64,000 nucleotides of DNA from Candidatus Levyibacteriota bacterium (GTDB lineage Bacteria; Patescibacteriota; Microgenomatia; Levybacterales; GWA1-39-11). Numbering within the stretch: the stretch's first letter is position 1; every line of letters begins with the position of its first letter. A program made the translations under genes and the position numbers. The stretch is from the NCBI GenBank assembly GCA_036788695.1, contig DAIQMY010000001.1, positions 61,860 to 125,859 on the forward strand, in the 5' to 3' direction. The notes beneath the pieces are model-generated. The model saw nothing but the letters and a program-made list of their open reading frames with translations. It was not told the origin of the DNA and did no database searches. This document shows, piece by piece, positions 1 through 8,748 of this stretch.

Positions 1-351
1 AGGAGTGTGAAGGGTCGCGATATTTGGAATGTTTCTTTTTTTAGCTATTCTCGTGCCTAAATAGCCAAGCAATCCAAGATGATTATGTACAACATCAAAC
101 TCCAAGTGGGAAAGTTGATCCTCAACCTTTTTATTCCAAGGAAATGTAAACCTATCAACCGGTCTCGGAGGAAATTTTACAGACGGCATCCTAAAAACAT
201 TCTTTTCAGGCTCAGTTTTAGGACCAAAGTCAGGTGCTACAATCCATACCTCATGCCCACGTTTTAAAAGTTCTTCTCTCAACAACACTAAATGAGTTAC
301 AATTCCATTTGTTGCGGGCTTGTACTGATCTGTAACTATAAGTATTTTCAT
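1..351 (-). CDS. Glycosyltransferase family 4 (GT4), N-terminal part; the gene continues beyond the window start
   Basis: Reverse translation of 351..1 gives MKILIVTDQYKPATNGIVTHLVLLREELLKRGHEVWIVAPDF..., a typical GT4 N-terminal Rossmann half. ATG at 351..349 overlaps the upstream gene's stop in an ATGA arrangement. Confidence 0.55.
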   Translation of the reverse strand, partial: MKILIVTDQYKPATNGIVTHLVLLREELLKRGHEVWIVAPDFGPKTEPEKNVFRMPSVKFPPRPVDRFTFPWNKKVEDQLSHLEFDVVHNHLGLLGYLGTRIAKKRNIPNIATLHTP

Positions 352-1691
352 TTAGCTCTAGCCTTCTGTTGCATCTTTTTTAATATGTATTCTGCTCCAG
401 ATCGTTCCATGGTTGCAATATTCATCTTTTTAATTCCACTGTAATTCTCTCCTATATCATGTCTGGCTTCTTGCTCTTGAGAACGAGCACGAATGAATCC
501 AAACGCATTTAGTATAAGGTTATTGTGGTGTGCTCCTTCCACTTCATATGAGTACAATCTTTTTTGGTTCTCTTCCACCAATGTTAATCGTGCCTTGTCT
601 ACTGCTGCGTTGATTGCTTGTGGGCGCGCCAACTGATCATCCCCACATCCCCAAATCTCTAAATCTCCCGACATGTTGTTTATAGCTTTTACAATCACTT
701 CTGAGTCATTAATTTGTCCCGCTGTAGCTTGTGATGAGCTTATAAATTTACGCGATTCCCATAGGCGTTTTCTCATGCTAACATCATGAAGTTGCGCACC
801 AGACTTTCTGTATGCATCAGTATTTCCCTGAAGAGCCATAATAACCTTTGCCTCAGGATCCTCCACGTTTCTTCGCTCGTCTTCGTTTCCATGAGACATA
901 AGTTCTTTTTGAGATCGATCCTCAAAGCCCACAGGCTGCAAAATGACGGCGTTTTCTATCTGAACTTTCTTTGTAAGCTCTGAATCTGCTGCAACAGCAA
1001 GCGCAAATGCCCCACCCAAAGAGTCTCCAAGTAGATTCACATGAGACAATCCCAAATTACTGATCGCGGAAGTAAACATTTTTATATTTTCCCTAGCGGT
1101 ATTCCTCAATAAGTCTTTCGGTCCACGAAACCCCTCCTGATCCCGCATTTGCTCTGGATGAGTAAGAACAATAACCTTTTCTCCCTGAAGCGCAAGAGCC
1201 ATGGAGAGCGCGGCGTTTTGTTCTGAGGTTGAATACGCGCCACCTATCATAACCCAGGGAATTCTTGTATCAGGCTCATTTGATGGCTCACGTAAATCAA
1301 GGGTGACAGCATAGATAGAGTCTTTCCTTTTATCTCCTTTCCCTGCTTCAAAAAATTTACCTGTTGTGTGAAATTGTGTGTCAAGTTTGTCCAAGTTCTC
1401 TGCAAGCTCTCTTGACTCTCTCACAAAACCTGGAAGAATATCAATTCTCATTTGCGGATCATTTTTAATATCTTTTAAGGTCGCCGCAAGAGAACCTCTT
1501 ATAAGACGCGTAGTAGGACTTCTTGGAACGCTTTCGTTCTCCCGCGTAAAACGTCTATCTGTCATTATGTCTGGCTCTGGTATGTTTGTCTTCTTTACTT
1601 CTCTGCCCCTGCGTGCTTGATCCGTTGCCCCCTCACGTCGTGCTTGAACGTTTGAGATCAGTTGATCTATCTGAGGTGATACTTCTGACAT
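348..1691 (-). CDS. Alpha/beta-hydrolase fold protein (serine esterase/lipase-like) with a ~170-aa N-terminal extension
   Basis: GDSLGG nucleophile-elbow motif (GxSxG) and downstream His (EGAHHNN). No signal peptide is evident. It is translationally coupled to the partial GT4 gene downstream. Confidence 0.5.
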   Translation of the reverse strand: MSEVSPQIDQLISNVQARREGATDQARRGREVKKTNIPEPDIMTDRRFTRENESVPRSPTTRLIRGSLAATLKDIKNDPQMRIDILPGFVRESRELAENLDKLDTQFHTTGKFFEAGKGDKRKDSIYAVTLDLREPSNEPDTRIPWVMIGGAYSTSEQNAALSMALALQGEKVIVLTHPEQMRDQEGFRGPKDLLRNTARENIKMFTSAISNLGLSHVNLLGDSLGGAFALAVAADSELTKKVQIENAVILQPVGFEDRSQKELMSHGNEDERRNVEDPEAKVIMALQGNTDAYRKSGAQLHDVSMRKRLWESRKFISSSQATAGQINDSEVIVKAINNMSGDLEIWGCGDDQLARPQAINAAVDKARLTLVEENQKRLYSYEVEGAHHNNLILNAFGFIRARSQEQEARHDIGENYSGIKKMNIATMERSGAEYILKKMQQKARAK

Positions 1692-1804
1692 GTACCTATT
1701 ATATCATTTGTCCCTATAATTCAAAGATGATAGAATAAGGAACTTGCTTTCTTTCGATTTCTTATGCAAGTTTGATGTATTAGCTAAAAAAATTTATTCA
1801 ATAT

Positions 1805-3025
1805 ATGAGAATTGCCTTTTTTGCAGAAAGCTACTTGCCTGATCCAAATGGTGTTGCAACAAGTGTTGCTGCAACAGCAGCTGAACTTGAACGGCAAGGA
1901 CATACAGTTTACATAGTCGCCCCAAAACATCCAGGCTACAAAGATCGCAAAAATGTTATCCGTCTCTACTCAGTTAAGCTCTATACAGACTTAGATATGA
2001 GAACTGCTCTCTATCTCCCAGAGCCAAACCTTATTAAGGTACTACGGATGAAGAAGCTTGATATAATCCACGGTCAAGATGGGGGCGTTATGAGTTTGCT
2101 CGGATGGGAAGTAGCAAATATAAAAAATCTTCCTTTTATTGGAACATATCACACAATAATACATGAATATACTCATTACTTACTCAAAGGGAAAGTATTT
2201 CGCCCTGGAATTGTTAAAACGGTAACTCGTATTTTTGGAAATATGTGCGAACAACTTATTGCTCCAACAGAACGCGCAAAGCAGGAACTTAGAAAATGTG
2301 GAGTGAAAACTCCTATCACCATTCTTCCCAATGGAATAGATAGAGCAAGGTTCTTAAACCAAAAAAAGGGATATCTTCACAAAAGATTAAAAATTTCAAA
2401 AAATACAAAAATTCTTCTCTATGTTGGAAGACTTGGGCGTGAAAAATCTGTTGAATTTTTAATAAAAAGCTTCCAACATGTACTAAAAAAGGAACCAAAT
2501 ACTGCACTCGTACTTATAGGTGGTGGCCCAGATAAAGATGTACTTGTGGAGCTTGCAAAAAAACTGAAGGTTGAAAAAAAAGTATATCTTCCAGGCTTTA
2601 TAGAGCAAAAATGTATGCCCCAGGTTTACTCAGACAGTGATATCTTTTTGTTTTCTTCAAAAACTGAAACCCAGGGTATGGCACCTATAGAAGCAATGAC
2701 TTCAGGCTTACCGGTTGTCGCGGTACAAGACAAAACAATGCAAGAGTTAATACGTGATGGGGAAAATGGATATTTAACGTCCAGAAATAACGGAGACTTC
2801 GCCAAAAAGATACTCCTGCTTCTTAAAAATGATGAGAAAAGAGATGAAATGGGGAAAAAAGCGCAGGCTTCAACAAAAAAATATTCTCTTGCGGAAACTA
2901 CAAAACAATTAGTTGCTATTTATACTGACTTTTTGAAGATACACAAAAAAAAGAAAGCGTCTCCTTTTAGAAAAACCGTAAGCGGAGCAAAACGTATTTT
3001 AAAACTTCTTTCAGAGCCTATCTAA
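1805..3025 (+). CDS. Glycosyltransferase family 4 (GT4), paralogous to the partial gene at 1..351
   Basis: N-terminus MRIAFFAESYLPDPNGVATSV...GHTVYIVAP is parallel to the partial GT4. C-terminal GT-B half with the EXXGXXXXE-like region (ETQGMAPIEAM). Confidence 0.75.
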   Translation: MRIAFFAESYLPDPNGVATSVAATAAELERQGHTVYIVAPKHPGYKDRKNVIRLYSVKLYTDLDMRTALYLPEPNLIKVLRMKKLDIIHGQDGGVMSLLGWEVANIKNLPFIGTYHTIIHEYTHYLLKGKVFRPGIVKTVTRIFGNMCEQLIAPTERAKQELRKCGVKTPITILPNGIDRARFLNQKKGYLHKRLKISKNTKILLYVGRLGREKSVEFLIKSFQHVLKKEPNTALVLIGGGPDKDVLVELAKKLKVEKKVYLPGFIEQKCMPQVYSDSDIFLFSSKTETQGMAPIEAMTSGLPVVAVQDKTMQELIRDGENGYLTSRNNGDFAKKILLLLKNDEKRDEMGKKAQASTKKYSLAETTKQLVAIYTDFLKIHKKKKASPFRKTVSGAKRILKLLSEPI

Positions 3026-3030
3026 GAACC

Positions 3031-3075
3031 CACAAAAAATCACAGACCCACAAATACAACATAGGGTCTGTGATT
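3031..3075. terminator. Bidirectional rho-independent terminator hairpin between convergent genes
   Basis: 11-bp inverted repeat atcacagaccc / gggtctgtgat with a 14-nt loop, flanked by an A6 run on the plus strand (U-run for the minus-strand transcript). A second hairpin aagtcac...gtgactt + TTTT sits at 3150..3183. Confidence 0.4.
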
Positions 3076-3162
3076 CTATTCCGTATCAATACATCTAAAT
3101 AGAATTTAGATTGAATTGGAATAAGCACCAAAAAGCTTAACGTTTCTTAAGTCACGTTAAAC

Positions 3163-3618
3163 TTATTTGTAGTGACTTTTTATCTGAAAGATTAAATAGA
3201 ACCCAACTAAAGTGAATACTATTCCTCCCAAATCAAGCGGTGCAAGAATTGCTGAAAGCAAAGCTACAGCCTCACTCCAAAAAAGAAAATTCCATCCTGA
3301 AATTTTGTATTTTTTGGTTCCCGGAAAAGCGGCAAGCAATAAACCTGATGAAACTATAGTGAGAATTGCTGCTAAAACTCCGCCACCCAAAGCCCTTCCT
3401 GCTCCTCCCATAATTGCGAATGGAGAGAAAACAGTAAGAAGTCCAAGACCTGCTATCCCACCAAGTACACCTAATATACCAAAAATAAGCGCAATCCATG
3501 GGGTAATCTTCGCAATAACATCTCTTGCTTCTTTTGGAAGTGCAGGGAGTTTATCAAATAATTCCTGCGTTTTATCAATAATGTTTTGTGTTGTTGTTTT
3601 TGCCATTTTTTTTCTCAC
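3163..3618 (-). CDS. Small glycine-rich integral membrane protein (hypothetical)
   Basis: 151 aa with 3-4 hydrophobic helices carrying G-zipper-like motifs (GILGVLGGIAGLGLL). Strong SD (AGGAGGTGA) 8 nt upstream of the ATG. The antisense ORF 3212..3652 was judged spurious. Confidence 0.5.
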   Translation of the reverse strand: MRKKMAKTTTQNIIDKTQELFDKLPALPKEARDVIAKITPWIALIFGILGVLGGIAGLGLLTVFSPFAIMGGAGRALGGGVLAAILTIVSSGLLLAAFPGTKKYKISGWNFLFWSEAVALLSAILAPLDLGGIVFTLVGFYLIFQIKSHYK

Positions 3619-3722
3619 CTCCTATCAAATTTGTCTTTTGAAAATAGAATAAATAATTTAATTGATGCCTTTCATTCTCTTATTCTATTCTTGCTCATTT
3701 GAAATAGTTGTGCAAGCCCCTG

Positions 3723-5102
3723 TTATAGAGCAAATCCCATCTGATCGTCTTTGCTCTTCACATCTACACTTTTCTCTTCTTTCCAAATACTTACCTTTCC
3801 ATATTCTCCATCATAGCCTGGAATTATGCTAATATCCCTACGCCTTACACGCTCTATCCCATCTGAAACTGTTTGCCCTGCCTGACTTCGTATGTCATCA
3901 ATTCCAGTTCTTAAAAGAATCTGGTGCTCTGTTCCAAATTTCTGAATTAAAGAATCAAACAAAGTTAATACTTTTTGTGAATTTGGAGCAGTATGCAAGG
4001 CTTCTGCAAGAATCTCTAAAAGCGGAACAAGGCTTACTGAGGAAGGACGAATGCCTCTTGGGTCTTTTACCCATACAACTCCATTATTATCCTTTACATA
4101 TGTAAAAAGCTGGTCTGACGACTCAGCAAGGTCCTCTACTCGCTTCATTACTCCTACTGTCAGAAGCCTTTTACATACTGGACACATATCATTTTGAGGA
4201 GTTTCACGAGGTGCATACGAAACTTTGCAATTCCTATGCCCTGTATAGTGGTATTTCCCCTCCTCAGGATAAAATTCTATTGTATAGGCAATTTCAAATA
4301 CTCTCTCTTTCCCCCGAACAAAAGCATTTAAAATATTGTCATATGTTATATCTGCGTCACGCACGCGCTCTCCCGTTTTCGTTCGGAGAACAGTTGCCTC
4401 ACGACCCATTTTCTCAAGAGAGTGAGCGTCTGAAAAAGATACTATGCTTCGAGTAGCAAGCTCTTTAACCCTCCAATTCATTGAAGGGTCAGAAGACAAT
4501 CCTGTTTCAACCGCAAATATACGAGGCGCATATTCACCAAAACATTCAGTAATATGATCATACCCCGACCTGCTACCGTATAAAGAGAACCAGGGAGTCC
4601 AGATATGACAAGGAATAACCGCAATCCTAGGACTTATTTCAAACAACAGCTCGCAAAGATTTCTGCTGCTGATCCCAAGTATTGGCCTCCCATCTGCCGT
4701 AAGGTTTATACCTCTTTGAGATAAGGATCTATTTATTTTCTCAGCAATATTGAAATCAGGCGCAAAGATTAAATTGTGAATTCTGTGAACCTTCCCTCCC
4801 TCCGTATAAATCGCTGCTACCTCGCAGGACAGCATAAAATACGGTCCTAATAAAGGCTTCTTCGCGAGTGTTCCTAACTGATCCTCAAGCGCATCTGCAT
4901 TCTTTAATGCATACATTCCGGGTGCTACCTCTGCTAATTGGGACTGTGCTTCTTTAAACCAAACTGGGTGAGTAAAGTCTGTAATGGAAAAAACGTTAAT
5001 CCCTTTCTTGCGACCCCACAGATACATATTGGAAAGATTCATACGGGGAGAAACAGCGCGCGAAAACCTTGAGTGTAAATGCAAATCGAGGACAAGTTCC
5101 AT
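3723..5102 (-). CDS. PHP-domain nuclease, endonuclease Q (EndoQ)-like
   Basis: N-terminal LDLHLHSRFSRAVSP PHP metal-binding motif (HxH...S) as in the EndoQ/TIGR00375 family. C-terminal CPVC...C zinc-ribbon-like element. 459 aa. Confidence 0.5.
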   Translation of the reverse strand: MELVLDLHLHSRFSRAVSPRMNLSNMYLWGRKKGINVFSITDFTHPVWFKEAQSQLAEVAPGMYALKNADALEDQLGTLAKKPLLGPYFMLSCEVAAIYTEGGKVHRIHNLIFAPDFNIAEKINRSLSQRGINLTADGRPILGISSRNLCELLFEISPRIAVIPCHIWTPWFSLYGSRSGYDHITECFGEYAPRIFAVETGLSSDPSMNWRVKELATRSIVSFSDAHSLEKMGREATVLRTKTGERVRDADITYDNILNAFVRGKERVFEIAYTIEFYPEEGKYHYTGHRNCKVSYAPRETPQNDMCPVCKRLLTVGVMKRVEDLAESSDQLFTYVKDNNGVVWVKDPRGIRPSSVSLVPLLEILAEALHTAPNSQKVLTLFDSLIQKFGTEHQILLRTGIDDIRSQAGQTVSDGIERVRRRDISIIPGYDGEYGKVSIWKEEKSVDVKSKDDQMGFAL

Positions 5103-5490
5103 TTGAGGACATTTAAACAGAAAAGCCTTTGGTTATTCAAGAGACAACGTTACAGGTTTAAGGGTACAAAGACGCAGAGACTTGGAGGAAAACTTTGCTC
5201 CTTTGACTCCCTGTCTCTTTGCCTCTATACTAGATGCATGCAAAAGATAGGAAACATACTGGACAAATTTAACCCCGTTGCAGATAAATACATATCACGT
5301 GAATTTCAATCATTTGGAATATACATGTCAGAAGAGCTACATGACCATAAGCATAAGTCCCTCTATATAAAACTTGCTAAAACAACAAATAGGGCACTTA
5401 TTGAACGCGCAATGTCGTATGTAAAAGACGCACACACCACAACCCCTAATAAAGGAGCTCTTTTTATGTGGAAATTAAAACAACTCAGAG

Positions 5491-5832
5491 ATGAAGAAAA
5501 AGGAATTAAGCCCCAGAAAAACAAATATGACACTAAATAAACACTACGAAAAAGTATACGAGCTTGTAAGAAAGATTCCCAAAGGAAAAGTTACGACATA
5601 TGGAACACTCGGTAAAAAGTTGGAAATGTCACCACGGGTAGTAGGTCAAGCGCTTCACGCAAACCCCTATGAAGGAGAAGTTCCCTGTCATAGAGTGGTA
5701 AATAAAATGGGTCGTCTAGCACCTACCTTTGCGTTTGGAGGAAAAAACGCTCAAAAACGCTTATTGGAAACTGAGGGAGTACTCTTTAAGAATGACTATG
5801 TAGACATGTCAAAGTCATATATAACGGCGTAA
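5491..5832 (+). CDS. MGMT-family protein (O6-alkylguanine-DNA alkyltransferase DNA-binding/active-site domain only)
   Basis: Canonical PCHRVV active-site motif. Helix-turn-helix region begins at YEKVYELVRKIPKGKVTTYGTLG. No N-terminal Ogt domain. An alternative start is MTLNK at 5527. Confidence 0.6.
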   Translation: MKKKELSPRKTNMTLNKHYEKVYELVRKIPKGKVTTYGTLGKKLEMSPRVVGQALHANPYEGEVPCHRVVNKMGRLAPTFAFGGKNAQKRLLETEGVLFKNDYVDMSKSYITA

Positions 5833-5834
5833 GG

Positions 5835-6377
5835 CTACTGCTGACTTTCTAATTTATAATTCCCAAACTTTGTACACCCGCCGCCTGTACCATCATAGTA
5901 ATTTGCTCCCCCCGCTTGAATTGATGGATCAGAAGCGTTCTCAAGTCGAGTTACAAGGATATATGACTGTCCGTCTGCAGTATAGTATGCGTATCCTCGT
6001 GTAGTCGTATCTCCTGGAGTGCATGCCCCACCCTGGTCAGTAAAAGAAGGATCCTGGCTCATTGCCTGAATATATGTGGATGCATTTGGTCCAAACATAG
6101 ATGATGCGGGATCTATGTTCCAACAATTCCAGCTTGTCGCACTAAAACATGTTCCGCTTGCATATACATCTGGATTTGGATATGCCCCGTTATCAGTGTA
6201 ATATTGTTCTAATGCATTTTGTACATCCCGTAACGTTGCCTTACGAGCAGCATCTCTTGATTTTTGAAGTTGGGCGACTGGATTTAGCACTACAATTCCA
6301 ACAGTCACAAGAATCCCCAAAACGGCAATAACGATTAAAAGTTCTATAAGCGTAAAGCCACTTGATTTCTTTCTCAC
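5835..6377 (-). CDS. Type IV pilin / pseudopilin (prepilin-type N-terminal cleavage-methylation domain)
   Basis: N-terminus MRKKSSGFTLIELLIVIAVLGILV is a class III signal: G|FTLIEL with Glu+5 and a hydrophobic helix. C-terminal region has paired Cys. Confidence 0.7.
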   Translation of the reverse strand: MRKKSSGFTLIELLIVIAVLGILVTVGIVVLNPVAQLQKSRDAARKATLRDVQNALEQYYTDNGAYPNPDVYASGTCFSATSWNCWNIDPASSMFGPNASTYIQAMSQDPSFTDQGGACTPGDTTTRGYAYYTADGQSYILVTRLENASDPSIQAGGANYYDGTGGGCTKFGNYKLESQQ

Positions 6378-6443
6378 ACTTTTAGTAAAGCATAGGGATG
6401 TTAGAGTGTCAATTTACGACAACTAAAAGAGGTACGGAGAACT

Positions 6444-6623
6444 GCAAAAAACCCGTTACTTTTTCTGTAGTTTAAAGATTTCTGCAATTTCAATCAGCGT
6501 TGTTGCGTCGTTTGGTTTTTTTAGGATCGCAGCAAAGCGAGAGCCGCAAAAAACCCGTTACTTTTTCTGTAGTTTAAAGATTTCTGCAATTTCAATCAGC
6601 GTTGTTGCGTCGTTTGGTTTTTT
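6444..6623. repeat. Perfect 78-bp tandem direct duplication (copies 6444..6521 and 6546..6623, 24-bp spacer) covering the last 15 codons plus stop of the DNA ligase gene
   Basis: Both copies read gcaaaaaacccgttactttttctgtagtttaaagatttctgcaatttcaatcagcgttgttgcgtcgtttggtttttt. Copy B is the real 3' end of the ligase ORF (…IAEIFKLQKK*). Copy A is a non-coding duplicate downstream. Confidence 0.8.
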
Positions 6624-8321
6624 ATCCTCCCTAAACCGCTCTAGCCTGGGAAATCGCAAGGCGTATCCTGGAACGTCCACATCATACGCTGATCCACTCT
6701 TTGAGGGCTTTAATGTTCTTCCCGCTGTATGCACAGGGGACCGGGTCAGTTCATCTGCTTTAATTTCTACTACAATCTCCGGGTTTACCCACACATCTGG
6801 CTCCAACCATTTATCTACTTCGTATAGTACTGGTTTTATTTTTGATTTTAATTTATCTCCTCGCTTCGCAAGTTCTCTCCACTCATCATCAGTAAGTCCA
6901 GTCCCTACCTTTGCAATAGTTAAGAACTTATCCTGTTTTGAGTCATAAATACCTATAAGAAACGCGCCAATTCCAAAACTAGTCCTCTTGCCACGTCCAT
7001 AGTAGTAACCCATAACTACACAGTCCACTGTATCGTCTAATTTTGACTGATATGATCTTTTCAGCTTTATCCAATTCCATCCTCTTGCCCCTGCTTGATA
7101 TGTGCCGTCAAGCTTCTTGGCTAATATCCCCTCAAGACCTCTAGAAATTGCATCATCAAAAAAGTTTTCTATTTCCTTTCCATCATTTAATACTTTCTCT
7201 TCAGCAGGATACAAAACACTTCCGTCTTTGATCATCTTGTTCAGCACTTTTCGTCTTTCTATGTAATGCTTGGGAATTAAATTCTCACCATCTACATATA
7301 ACGCGTCAAAAACCATGTATTTTAAGGGAATTTTGCGTGCCATCTCTTCTATGTCATATTTTCTTTTTCTCTGAGATGTTAACTGGAATGGAAGATATTC
7401 GTTTGTGTTAGGGTTATATGCTATTGCTTCCCCCTCAAATATAGCCTCTTTTGCCTTCATTTGCGATTTAATTCCTGCCTCAACATCAGGATACATAAAT
7501 GTTACTTCCTCTAAATTCCGCGTATACAATTTGACATTTTTCCCGTCCCAATGCGCTTGAAGCCTAAAACCATCAAACTTTTCCTCTACGGCACATTCAC
7601 CGATCTTATCAATTATTTCTTTTCCTGAACTTAATCTTTCTGCGCGAGCCATAAGTATAGGTGTTCCAACTGCAGGCTTCACCTTTCCAACGCCTTTGAT
7701 TCCATGCTCCTTGAGCATTTTGCCTATAACTCCCAGGTCTGGTCGTATGTTGTATGCCCTCTCTATTTCTTTTCTATAACTTTTGTTTCCTGCTAACATC
7801 CAGGACAAAGAATCTAAAACAGTCATATCAGAAAATCCTAAGCGTAACTTTCCAACAGGAATTCTAGCCACAAATCTTACGGATAATGGGTCTAAATCTT
7901 TAAATACATCTGAAAGCAATCCTATCTTCTTTTCAACTGAACCTGCACCATTTGTTTTCGTAATTTGTTCAAGAGCTGAAAAAACGTGTGCTATTGATGG
8001 ATCTTTGACTGAGTGTTTCTTACCCAAACTTAATTTTTCAGCCAAATCTCCTACATCTCCAATTTTTTTAAATTCAGCAGTAACATTCTTATCATCCTCC
8101 CCATATGCTAGGGCAACTGACCGCAGGATCATTTTGTCTGCCATCCCAAATTCGAGAGGAACATAGAGGGGTGCTACTCTTCCCTGGAGCAGATACATAA
8201 CGTGATCCATGTCTTCTACGGGAACTTTTTCAAAAAGCTCGGCTAAAATAAGCACCATTTCATTACGGGAAGTTATATTTTCTAATTTTTGAAGATAAAC
8301 TGAAAGGTCCGCAAATTTCAT
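6558..8321 (-). CDS. lig: ATP-dependent DNA ligase (archaeal/eukaryotic LigB-type, ~587 aa)
   Basis: Adenylation motif I EEKFDGFR (KxDG). N-terminal DNA-binding domain, then nucleotidyltransferase and OB domains. The size fits three-domain ATP-dependent ligases. Confidence 0.85.
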   Translation of the reverse strand: MKFADLSVYLQKLENITSRNEMVLILAELFEKVPVEDMDHVMYLLQGRVAPLYVPLEFGMADKMILRSVALAYGEDDKNVTAEFKKIGDVGDLAEKLSLGKKHSVKDPSIAHVFSALEQITKTNGAGSVEKKIGLLSDVFKDLDPLSVRFVARIPVGKLRLGFSDMTVLDSLSWMLAGNKSYRKEIERAYNIRPDLGVIGKMLKEHGIKGVGKVKPAVGTPILMARAERLSSGKEIIDKIGECAVEEKFDGFRLQAHWDGKNVKLYTRNLEEVTFMYPDVEAGIKSQMKAKEAIFEGEAIAYNPNTNEYLPFQLTSQRKRKYDIEEMARKIPLKYMVFDALYVDGENLIPKHYIERRKVLNKMIKDGSVLYPAEEKVLNDGKEIENFFDDAISRGLEGILAKKLDGTYQAGARGWNWIKLKRSYQSKLDDTVDCVVMGYYYGRGKRTSFGIGAFLIGIYDSKQDKFLTIAKVGTGLTDDEWRELAKRGDKLKSKIKPVLYEVDKWLEPDVWVNPEIVVEIKADELTRSPVHTAGRTLKPSKSGSAYDVDVPGYALRFPRLERFREDKKPNDATTLIEIAEIFKLQKK

Positions 8322-8746
8322 TGGGATTTTGATGGATTTAACATTTTTCTATAGTCTTGCACCATTTCTTGTAAATTTGTCGGCGTGTAAGGCTTTGGCA
8401 TTATACTAACTTTTAACTCTTGCATCTCGTTCTCTAAATCTTTAGTTTCGAGTGAATTCCCGCTTGCAAGAGTAATTGGCATTTTCTCATGTTGAACGCG
8501 AACCTGACGGATTAAATCAATCCCATTTACGCCTGGCATATCCCTATCTGTCATAAGAGCGTTAATAGATGGATCTTCTTGTAATTTTTCTAATGCCTCT
8601 TGTCCATTAGATACAAAGTCTACGTGAACTTGAAGTCGAGTTTTAAGCGCCATTTGTAGCAAAGCCTGAAGCAATTTATCATCTTCTGCTACTAGTAAAT
8701 GTAGCAGCACTTCCTGTTCTTGTTCATTTGTGGGTTGTCCTTCCAT
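8318..8746 (-). CDS. Stand-alone response-regulator receiver (CheY-like REC) domain protein
   Basis: LLVAEDD acidic pocket. Phospho-acceptor Asp in MTDRDMPGVNGIDL. Conserved Lys near MPKPY. There is no output domain. It overlaps the ligase start by 4 nt. Confidence 0.65.
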   Translation of the reverse strand: MEGQPTNEQEQEVLLHLLVAEDDKLLQALLQMALKTRLQVHVDFVSNGQEALEKLQEDPSINALMTDRDMPGVNGIDLIRQVRVQHEKMPITLASGNSLETKDLENEMQELKVSIMPKPYTPTNLQEMVQDYRKMLNPSKSQ

Positions 8747-8748
8747 AG

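Noticed and set aside
3212-3652. 146-aa plus-strand ORF fully antisense to the 151-aa membrane-protein gene
   Set aside because: The minus-strand ORF has a strong SD (AGGAGGTGA) and a coherent TM/glycine-zipper pattern. The plus-strand translation is Pro/Ala/Ser-rich low-complexity, typical of an antisense shadow of a Gly-rich gene.
5079-5540. 153-aa ORF in the EndoQ/MGMT divergent intergenic region (possible frameshifted N-terminal Ogt domain)
   Set aside because: It overlaps the EndoQ start and the MGMT start, its translation has no Ogt N-domain features, and stand-alone MGMT C-domain proteins are common. Kept only as a remote possibility.
6444-6623. Interpreting the 78-bp duplicated segments as boundaries (attL/attR) of an integrated element currently present in the window
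   Set aside because: The copies are only 24 bp apart with no cargo between them. At most this is a scar or slippage duplication, and no mobile element is annotated.
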